IMG/VR virus record: IMGVR_UViG_3300027977_000007 | Strand: one strand, 5' to 3' | From: a virus | DNA: 64,000 nt | Shown: piece by piece, positions 1-6,986 of the stretch | How the letters are laid out: each line of letters begins with the position of its first letter | Numbering within the stretch: position 1 is the stretch's first letter | Translations under genes and position numbers: made by a program | The notes under the pieces: generated by a model | Database searches by the model: none | What the model was told of the DNA's origin: nothing | The model's input: the letters and a program-made list of their open reading frames with translations, nothing else

Positions 1-1165
1 TTCCTGAGTTGAACTCCATATCGGATAGAACAACAATCATTGTTGGCATTTCTTCTGGTGCAACCTTAGATTCAACGGCCTTATTCAAAAGCATTTCAAA
101 CGCTGCTTGAATATTGGTGTCGAAACCAACAGGACCACTTAGTTGTCTAATTCTTTCAGACAGGCTACCTTTAAGGTATTGTAAGGTTGGGTTAGACGTA
201 AACGTGATAAACGCATCTTTAAATGGGCCTACGTTACGTTCAGATATATATATGCCCAATGACAACGCAACATCTATACATGAAACCGTTTGACTGTTAC
301 CAGCGGAACAAGACATTGAACTAGAAACGTCAACCATTGGTAATAACCTTTCTTTATTACCTTCCATATAGTTAGGTAATGCGGTCCATTGTGCGTTAGC
401 ACCACGTGTATCACCATACTTCAAGTTCTTGACGATATCATACGGATACACAGCACCAGCGTTAATCTTAGTCTCACCTTTTTCAAGTGAAGTCAAGTAA
501 CTACCGAAACGAATACTATCATGACGACTAAATGTTTTCATCAAATCGCTCATTGCTTTTGATGGTAATTTAGCGTAGTCAATACTATCCCAAGACCTTG
601 AACACATTAATTGTTCAACAGTATTTGAGTTTTCAACCAAAAGCTTACGATAAGCCTTTGGTGTTAGATTTAAGTATTTTAAAAGCTTAACCGCTTGGGC
701 CTTGGCTTCTTTATTCTTAGTGTTTGGGCGTGGCATCCACTTGGCGCAAAGTCCATTCTTATCAGCCAAGCCACTAGCAATTAACGCTAGGGCAGCACTT
801 TCAAGCCTAGTACCGAACAATGAAAGTAGGTCATCCCACCTTCCAAACTCACTTATTAGGTGCAAGTTCTTAGCCAAAGAATCAGTTCTGTTATCGGCAA
901 GATATTGGATAATATCCTTAAAGATTTGGCGTTCACCAGCACCACCACGGATGTCACGAACCCAAAATAAAAGCTTCATAGCTGTTAGAGGGTCTTCGGC
1001 ATATGCCTTAGTAAAGACGCTAATTAAACGACTTTTCTCTTTACCCCTCATAGCACCAAATTGGAAGAAAAGGTCTACGCAAGAATTTAGTGATGACGAA
1101 TTGGTAACCATACCATTCGTTGTATAAGAATCTCTTGTTTGCATTGCTCTAAGTAAAGTAGTCAT
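1..1165 (-). CDS. DUF2828-family (TROVE-like + vWA) protein, partial (runs off left edge)
   Basis: Not in ORF track. Manual translation from ATG at 1165: MTTLLRAMQTRDSYTTNGMVTNSSSLNSCVDLFFQFGAMRG...AMKLLFWVRDIRGGAGERQIF; later MIDAS-like MVDVSSSM and IVLSDMEFN. Preceded by a Bacteroidetes-type promoter. Confidence 0.85.
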   Translation of the reverse strand, partial: MTTLLRAMQTRDSYTTNGMVTNSSSLNSCVDLFFQFGAMRGKEKSRLISVFTKAYAEDPLTAMKLLFWVRDIRGGAGERQIFKDIIQYLADNRTDSLAKNLHLISEFGRWDDLLSLFGTRLESAALALIASGLADKNGLCAKWMPRPNTKNKEAKAQAVKLLKYLNLTPKAYRKLLVENSNTVEQLMCSRSWDSIDYAKLPSKAMSDLMKTFSRHDSIRFGSYLTSLEKGETKINAGAVYPYDIVKNLKYGDTRGANAQWTALPNYMEGNKERLLPMVDVSSSMSCSAGNSQTVSCIDVALSLGIYISERNVGPFKDAFITFTSNPTLQYLKGSLSERIRQLSGPVGFDTNIQAAFEMLLNKAVESKVAPEEMPTMIVVLSDMEFNSG

Positions 1166-1194
1166 AAAATTAGTTTTTGATAATTAATGTTCCA

Positions 1195-1225
1195 CAAAGG
1201 TACTAATAAATTTATTACCTGTCAA
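1195..1225 (-). promoter_or_regulatory. Bacteroidetes-type -33/-7 promoter (TTG-N20-TACCTTTG)
   Basis: Minus strand reads TTGacaggtaataaatttattagTACCTTTG, upstream of the DUF2828 gene. Confidence 0.75.
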
Positions 1226-1250
1226 GTTTTTTTGTGATTATTTTTAAAGA

Positions 1251-1475
1251 TTATAGAGATTTCTTGAACTTAACGAGAATACCACCCAACATTACTTCAA
1301 ATTCATCAGCTCTTTCAAAACTGGTACCATAAGGATTAGCCTTACGATACAGTTCTTCGTTTATTAAATCAAGCTCAGCTTCTGGTAAATCAAATAATAA
1401 TGATAGTCCTCGTTTATGTATCTTTTCATTCTCGATTATTAACGAAACTGTTTCTATTAATTCCTGATAGGTCAT
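1251..1475 (-). CDS. hypothetical protein (74 aa)
   Basis: ORF track; tightly packed with neighbour. Confidence 0.7.
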   Translation of the reverse strand: MTYQELIETVSLIIENEKIHKRGLSLLFDLPEAELDLINEELYRKANPYGTSFERADEFEVMLGGILVKFKKSL

Positions 1476-1476
1476 A

Positions 1477-1689
1477 TTAAAATTTTGTAAGTATTTTTTT
1501 TATCTTGGTGAATAATCTTTGATACCAAGTTTCTTTTAATATCTTAAAACCATTTGGGTTCTTTTTTATTTCTTCACCTAGGCCATTTTTGATTTCACGA
1601 ATAAATTGGGCCTTAAATACGTCAGTATTTTTGGTTTCACGCTTTAACATTAACTTCTCATAGTGTAACTCTTCCTCTAGTTTATCCAT
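1477..1689 (-). CDS. hypothetical protein (70 aa)
   Basis: ORF track; TTGACT-N16-TATATT element upstream. Confidence 0.7.
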   Translation of the reverse strand: MDKLEEELHYEKLMLKRETKNTDVFKAQFIREIKNGLGEEIKKNPNGFKILKETWYQRLFTKIKKILTKF

Positions 1690-1783
1690 ACAATTGTTTG
1701 GTCTAATATAATCATAGATAACCTTAAGTCAAGTAATAAGGTGTTTACATTTTAATTTGATAGTAGTATACTTATAAAAAACT

Positions 1784-2119
1784 ATGGAAACACTTATTTT
1801 TATCTTGGTATGTTATGGCTTTTGCAATATTATGATTTTTGGTTCAATCTTTCAGGGTTGGCGTAACCTATTAGCTAGGTTAGGTACTGGTGATTATAGT
1901 ATACATAAACTTTTTAGTTGCTTTATGTGCCTAGGCACGTGGGCTGGTATTGGATTGTCGTTAGCTATGTTTTATTACGGCTATGGGTCACATACACCTA
2001 TTGGTTCATTAGGTTTAACCGATATCTATGTCGTTACACTATTAAATGGTCTATTAAGCTCAGCTGGTGTTTGGTTAACACACACATTACAAGAATCGTT
2101 CGAAAGAGCCTTTAAATAA
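1784..2119 (+). CDS. small membrane protein, DUF1360-like (CxxC...W)
   Basis: Hydrophobic segments and LFSCFMCLGTW motif; occupies a gap between minus-strand genes; TTTACA-N17-TATACT upstream and hairpin downstream. Confidence 0.75.
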   Translation: METLIFILVCYGFCNIMIFGSIFQGWRNLLARLGTGDYSIHKLFSCFMCLGTWAGIGLSLAMFYYGYGSHTPIGSLGLTDIYVVTLLNGLLSSAGVWLTHTLQESFERAFK

Positions 2120-2140
2120 AAAAACCCCATCTGGGGTTTA
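2118..2140. terminator. bidirectional intrinsic terminator between convergent genes
   Basis: aaacccc-atct-ggggttt stem with A/T tails at the junction of 1784..2119(+) and 2138..2863(-). Confidence 0.7.
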
Positions 2141-2863
2141 TTTATTGTCTATACAGATAGCACAAGCCTCATCTGGCCCACAGTCACATGTACCCTTACT
2201 TGTTACAGTTTTGGTTTTCGTTTTTGGTGGTAGTTCAATATTCTTAAGGGTATTATTTTTTATGACCTTATTGTGTTTTTGGGTTAATAACTGTCGATTT
2301 CGTTCACCTCTAGCTTCTTCCTCTAATATTTCCTTTTCCTCATCGGTCAATTCAATTGGATTACCTTCAGCATCTAGATATGTTTGTGGTGTCTGAGTAT
2401 TAATTTCTTCAACATAAGGTAATTCTTGAGATGTTGGTTTAGCCATTATTTCAGGTGTTGAATCTAATGAGTCTAAATCAAACTCATCTAACTCAGGTAA
2501 TAATTCTTCTTCCGAAATGGTAAACTTAAGTCTAGTTAATGTTTTTAAAGAATTCTTTTTAAATATTTCTTTCAATTCATTAACACGGACACGTAATAAT
2601 TCGTGTTTTTTCTCTCTTTCTTGATTTAACTTAATAACCATTTCAACATACCCTAGTAATTCATCGACACCAATGCTTGGTTGGTCCGAATAAATCATGA
2701 AATAATTAACCTCTTCATTACCCTTAAGTTTCTTAATACTAGAATCATCTGGTATAACCCAACCTTCTTTAAACAGGGCATCTACCAGTGGAACACCATC
2801 TTGATACCTAATACCAATAACATAGGGTTGTAATGAATCTAATGTCTTTTGTATATTTGCCAT
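2138..2863 (-). CDS. hypothetical protein with C-terminal Cys cluster (CDCGPDEACAIC)
   Basis: ORF track, 241 aa. Confidence 0.75.
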   Translation of the reverse strand: MANIQKTLDSLQPYVIGIRYQDGVPLVDALFKEGWVIPDDSSIKKLKGNEEVNYFMIYSDQPSIGVDELLGYVEMVIKLNQEREKKHELLRVRVNELKEIFKKNSLKTLTRLKFTISEEELLPELDEFDLDSLDSTPEIMAKPTSQELPYVEEINTQTPQTYLDAEGNPIELTDEEKEILEEEARGERNRQLLTQKHNKVIKNNTLKNIELPPKTKTKTVTSKGTCDCGPDEACAICIDNK

Positions 2864-2865
2864 AA

Positions 2866-3078
2866 TTAAAACCCAAAACCAGTTAGTAACGTCATTATTA
2901 TATATGATATTGATAATCCTAAATAAAATAAAGCTATTGGCGACAACTTATACTTAACAATAACCTCATCGGTTGATACCATGAGTGCTTGTGCGAAGTA
3001 ATAAGCGTGTCTAATCGTTACCAAGCATGATAAGACAAATAAACACAATAATGCTTTATATATTAATAATTCTATCAT
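2866..3078 (-). CDS. small 2-TM membrane protein
   Basis: 70 aa, two hydrophobic stretches, 2-nt gaps to neighbours. Confidence 0.7.
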   Translation of the reverse strand: MIELLIYKALLCLFVLSCLVTIRHAYYFAQALMVSTDEVIVKYKLSPIALFYLGLSISYIIMTLLTGFGF

Positions 3079-3080
3079 AA

Positions 3081-3260
3081 TTACTTATCGGTTTTTTTCT
3101 TATCCGAAACTTCTAAACGTAATGCTTGTGCTAATGATTTAACATCTTGTAAACCTTTTCTAAGTCTAACACCAGCGGCTTTATTTTCTTTTTCAAAAAA
3201 TTTTGTTGCATCATCTTCTAACCCAGCAACCAAGGCTTTTAGTTCATTAAATTTCTCCAT
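3081..3260 (-). CDS. histone H1-like nucleoid protein (Hc1 family, Bacteroidetes type)
   Basis: Missed by ORF track (59 aa): MEKFNELKALVAGLEDDATKFFEKENKAAGVRLRKGLQDVKSLAQALRLEVSDKKKTDK; KF.EK.NKAAG.R.RK motif. Confidence 0.85.
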   Translation of the reverse strand: MEKFNELKALVAGLEDDATKFFEKENKAAGVRLRKGLQDVKSLAQALRLEVSDKKKTDK

Positions 3261-3489
3261 CTTTGTTTTGTTTTGGAATATTGTTATTATTATTTATGTT
3301 AATCATATTATTGAATTTGTGTAAGCTCATTTCAATAATTGATATTTTCTCTAAACATGTCTTTATGTCAGATATTTTTGTGTCTGTATCAACAACCGAA
3401 TTAATAACCCTCTCCAACTCAACTTCTTGTTTTAATAAGTCAGTAGATAGTTCGGTTACAATAATGGTAAATAGTTTTTCAGCGTTCAT
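3247..3489 (-). CDS. hypothetical protein (80 aa)
   Basis: ORF track; overlaps start of the Hc1-like gene. Confidence 0.65.
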   Translation of the reverse strand: MNAEKLFTIIVTELSTDLLKQEVELERVINSVVDTDTKISDIKTCLEKISIIEMSLHKFNNMININNNNNIPKQNKDGEI

Positions 3490-3530
3490 TGGGTAAAGTT
3501 AATATTAATTTTATAGAAATAAAGAGTAAA

Positions 3531-4007
3531 TCAATTTTTTTTGCCATTTTGTAGCGATTCCTCAAAAATTCGATAAATATCAATTAACGTATCTATTTCG
3601 GCATTGGTTTTTGATTTACCATAATCGAAAATTTCATCCCATATTCTGAGGCTTGTTTTATCAATATAATTAGGTGATTGTTTTTCGACACTATAAAATG
3701 ATTCTAGCGTGTATTCAAAAAAATAGTCGTATAGTTTTTTGCTTTCAATCAATACACCCTCAGTCTTAAAATTTCGTATATTTCTATACCAACACCAACT
3801 AAAATGTTTTACTTGGTCGTGTATGTTGGTAACATCGTCACCTAAATAAGTATCAAATATTAACCATAACAATGACTTAGTAAAATCACCATATAATTCA
3901 CACCTATCATATTGTATATTATTGGCGCTATATAGGAACTTAATGTTCTCTATACTCATAGGATTATTTATGTACGCCAGTATATTCCGTTTGCTATCAT
4001 TATTCAT
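3531..4007 (-). CDS. hypothetical protein (158 aa)
   Basis: ORF track; TATTTATA motif at 4019-4026 upstream. Confidence 0.75.
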   Translation of the reverse strand: MNNDSKRNILAYINNPMSIENIKFLYSANNIQYDRCELYGDFTKSLLWLIFDTYLGDDVTNIHDQVKHFSWCWYRNIRNFKTEGVLIESKKLYDYFFEYTLESFYSVEKQSPNYIDKTSLRIWDEIFDYGKSKTNAEIDTLIDIYRIFEESLQNGKKN

Positions 4008-4046
4008 ACTAACATAAATATAAATAACACTACTTAAAAATAAAGA

Positions 4047-4661
4047 TTAAGCCTTTAACCAACCGTAGTATTTATTGGTCTTTAGTATTCTATCATCTAA
4101 GCCATTTGTTCCACCATTAATTTTCTTGGTAATAAGTAGGATTGTATCTGAATTAACACCTTTGCTTGCAATATCCCATAATTTATTTTTGTCAAAATAG
4201 AATATAGCCGATTCGAATGAATAATCTAACGCAACCAACTCTGGGTCAACCATAATCTCTGGTTTATTTAAATGGTCAGATAATTGTTTATAATTGTTTT
4301 TACCTGTAGTTTGCAAGGCCCCACGACCACGAAATGTATATCCATCTTTAGAAGCTTCGTCACCATTACCCATTCTATTGGCATAAACCCTTGAACCAAT
4401 CATCTCAGGTTTTTTAGCGTATTGTTCGGCTAAATTACCAGGAAAATATTTACCGAATACTTTTTTTAGTCCAGCAACTGAATAATTTAAGTTCTCACTA
4501 AATAAAGTAAACTCACCTGTCTCATGTGATGTTTGTCCAAAAAAATGGGCGGCCATCTCAGGTGACATTTTATAATAAGCAGCAGCTGCTTTAAGTGTTT
4601 TTGGTCCAAAAGAACCATCTGCCTTAACACCAATCTTTTCTTGAAGTTTAATTAGACTCAT
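4047..4661 (-). CDS. glycoside hydrolase family 19 endolysin with short N-terminal peptidoglycan-binding-like motif
   Basis: LQEKIGVKADGSFGPKT; AHFFGQTSHETG...ENLNYS; FRGRGALQTTGKNNY; ITKKINGGTNGLDDR. Confidence 0.9.
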   Translation of the reverse strand: MSLIKLQEKIGVKADGSFGPKTLKAAAAYYKMSPEMAAHFFGQTSHETGEFTLFSENLNYSVAGLKKVFGKYFPGNLAEQYAKKPEMIGSRVYANRMGNGDEASKDGYTFRGRGALQTTGKNNYKQLSDHLNKPEIMVDPELVALDYSFESAIFYFDKNKLWDIASKGVNSDTILLITKKINGGTNGLDDRILKTNKYYGWLKA

Positions 4662-4666
4662 TTTGT

Positions 4667-5344
4667 TTATTTATTTTTATCTGAGGCGTATTTAACACCC
4701 ATTATTGTACCAACAATACTAAACGCATTTGTTAATAAGATACCAAACATATTGCTCCACGTTGAGCCAATATTTTCCGTTTCAGTATCCATATATATCG
4801 CAACTAAGTATAGTACGGTTGTTGTTATACCTACACCAATTATTAAATATAATGCGCTTCGCACTATGGTGTTGATTAATTCATTTTGTGTTCTTTTTTG
4901 TAATACATCCAAATCATTTTCAACAATTTTAAAAGCATTTTCAGCGTTTATCCGTGCTAATTCTGATTTTTTCATCTCTTCCACCAATTCGTAGCTCATG
5001 GTCTCATTTTGGCTTTTCCAAATCTGTAATTCTTGATTTTTTAACTCAATTTGGTTTTTTGATTCCTCAATATTTTTTAACGTATTTTGTAGCTCTGACA
5101 TCATGTTCTGATTCTCAGCATTTAGTGACGATAACTCAATATTTTGTTGTTGTATTTGTTTGGTGATTTCAAGACGCTTACGCCTACGTTCAATATCGAG
5201 CGCATAACACTCATCAAGATACTTCTTAAATTCATCATCAGAATCTGATAATATTAACCGAATAATATTTCCCTCTAACCCAATATTTTTCTTTTTGAGT
5301 AGTTCAATTAAATTCTTCTTTGTTATATCATCAAATTGTATCAT
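4667..5344 (-). CDS. coiled-coil protein with two C-terminal TM helices (candidate holin-like/TCS output)
   Basis: Long Q/E/N/K heptad region, then LYLIIGVGITTTVLYLVAIYM and MFGILLTNAFSIVGTIMGV; 1-nt overlap with the response regulator. Confidence 0.7.
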   Translation of the reverse strand: MIQFDDITKKNLIELLKKKNIGLEGNIIRLILSDSDDEFKKYLDECYALDIERRRKRLEITKQIQQQNIELSSLNAENQNMMSELQNTLKNIEESKNQIELKNQELQIWKSQNETMSYELVEEMKKSELARINAENAFKIVENDLDVLQKRTQNELINTIVRSALYLIIGVGITTTVLYLVAIYMDTETENIGSTWSNMFGILLTNAFSIVGTIMGVKYASDKNK

Positions 5345-5775
5345 TACTTATATATCTTAAATGGAGCTGTTCTATTTTTATAGCTTGGGTAGTCTTTCTT
5401 AAATTCTTCTAACCTAGGTTCAATCTCGTCTGATTTAACTATCCAAAACTGTGCACCAGCTTGCAATGCTTTACTTTGCTCTTCAATTTCATTTGATGAA
5501 GATATGATACCAATAACCACATGGTTACCATACTCGTAATTAATACGTCTTACCAATTCAATACCATCAAAGGATGAGCCGACCATATTTAAATCGACAA
5601 ATACGCATTCTGGTTTTTCTTCTGGGGTTGCTTGCCAATTTTTAAACAGTTCACCAGCCTCATCAGCACTCTTTAGGCTTATTAACGATAACGTTATATC
5701 TAATAGACTGCAAGAATCTTCGAAAACTAAGTGGAATAAGTCTTCATCGTCCACCAACATTATTGATTCAATCAT
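5344..5775 (-). CDS. single-domain response regulator (CheY-like receiver)
   Basis: IMLVDDE, phosphoacceptor VFVDLNM, DGIEL, IISSS, AGA..WIVKS; no output domain. Confidence 0.92.
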   Translation of the reverse strand: MIESIMLVDDEDLFHLVFEDSCSLLDITLSLISLKSADEAGELFKNWQATPEEKPECVFVDLNMVGSSFDGIELVRRINYEYGNHVVIGIISSSNEIEEQSKALQAGAQFWIVKSDEIEPRLEEFKKDYPSYKNRTAPFKIYK

Positions 5776-6893
5776 TTTTCATTATTTAGTGTAATTATTA
5801 TTTTCGTTCCGATACCCAATTTTTCTGACATCATTTTAAATCCGTGCTCTTCTAGTATTACCACACTTATATTTAATCCTAAACCAGTACCAGTTTCTAA
5901 TTGGCCTTCTTTACGCATATATGGCTTAGAATATTGAAGGAATTCATCTTGTGACATCCCACGTCCATTATCTTGTATTATTATCCTGTTAGGGTCATCA
6001 GAATAAACCTTAACAAATCTTGTATTGCTATCGTTATATCTTAAACCATTCCTTATTAAATTATCTATTGAAGTGCAAAACAAAGCTTCATTAACCATTA
6101 TCGTTGGTAAGCTATCATCCAGAATTACTTGTGATGAATACGCTGTTGTTGATAAGAAGCCAGTTAATATTTCTTTTATGTTACACTCAGTTTTTGTCAT
6201 CAAAGCATCTTTCTTAACTAGATTGGTAAATTCATATACCCCCTTATAAACTTTTTGTGTATGTTTTAAACCCTCTTTAATTAATTTAAACGGAGTCTCA
6301 ATCTTTAACTTTTTCATTTCCGTTTTTTTAAGGATACGTTCAAGTGAACTTACACCCCTAGGTATATAAATATTTATACCTGAATGCATATCATGTCTTA
6401 TTATCTTGGCCGCATGTTCAAGATATGTTTTTTTCTTTTCAACTTCAGCTAATGCTTTAATAATATTCGTTACATCCTGACTTATTGTAATATAACCTAA
6501 TAGTTTACCGTTAATATCAAACTCACCTTTTATATGTATATCAATATGAAATATGTTTCCATCTTTACCTTTATTTATTAATATACCGTTCCAAATCTTT
6601 TTATCCTCAAGTACCTTTTTATACATCTCACTAAACATCTCTTTTGGTTGTTGACCAGAATTTAAAATATTATGGTCCTTACCCAATACTTCGTTTAATT
6701 TCCAGCCAGATATATCCTCAAATTGCTTATTAACATATGTTATTTTACCATTTGAATCTGCTTTAGTTATAATAACCGCTTGGTTAATAAATGACTCTAA
6801 TAGGTGTAAATTGCTATTACTAAAAGACCTATAATTGACCAGTGCGTATATTAATAATTTAAACTCAAATAAGATATTTTTAATAAATTGCAT
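5772..6893 (-). CDS. PAS-domain sensor histidine kinase
   Basis: PAS (ADSNGKITYVNKQFEDISGW...VLGKDHNILNSG...WNGILINKGKDG), H-box IRHDM, N-box DNLIRNGLRY, G1 QDNGRGM, G2 GTGLGL. Confidence 0.92.
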   Translation of the reverse strand: MQFIKNILFEFKLLIYALVNYRSFSNSNLHLLESFINQAVIITKADSNGKITYVNKQFEDISGWKLNEVLGKDHNILNSGQQPKEMFSEMYKKVLEDKKIWNGILINKGKDGNIFHIDIHIKGEFDINGKLLGYITISQDVTNIIKALAEVEKKKTYLEHAAKIIRHDMHSGINIYIPRGVSSLERILKKTEMKKLKIETPFKLIKEGLKHTQKVYKGVYEFTNLVKKDALMTKTECNIKEILTGFLSTTAYSSQVILDDSLPTIMVNEALFCTSIDNLIRNGLRYNDSNTRFVKVYSDDPNRIIIQDNGRGMSQDEFLQYSKPYMRKEGQLETGTGLGLNISVVILEEHGFKMMSEKLGIGTKIIITLNNEK

Positions 6894-6911
6894 CTTAAGA
6901 ATTGATTTAAA

Positions 6912-6919
6912 TATAAATA
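6912..6919 (-). promoter_or_regulatory. TATTTATA motif (putative phage late promoter) heading the TCS-endolysin operon
   Basis: The same motif recurs in intergenic DNA before many genes (4019, 9141, 10802, 13798, 21764, 25905, 29003, 44237, 51022, 55938). Confidence 0.6.
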
Positions 6920-6931
6920 CCTATAGAAAAG

Positions 6932-6959
6932 CAAAACCCCCAAATATTTGGGGGTTTTG
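6932..6959. terminator. intrinsic terminator (perfect 28-bp palindrome)
   Basis: caaaacccccaaatatttgggggttttg downstream of 6987..9125. Confidence 0.8.
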
Positions 6960-6986
6960 TTATAAAAATATAAATTAATTTACATA

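Noticed and set aside
4667-6893. TCS genes as host chromosomal contamination or chimeric assembly
   Set aside because: Base composition appears similar to the flanks, the genes are overlap-coupled into a unit ending in a phage-type endolysin, and they carry the same upstream TATTTATA motif as virion genes. Read-level confirmation is still advisable.
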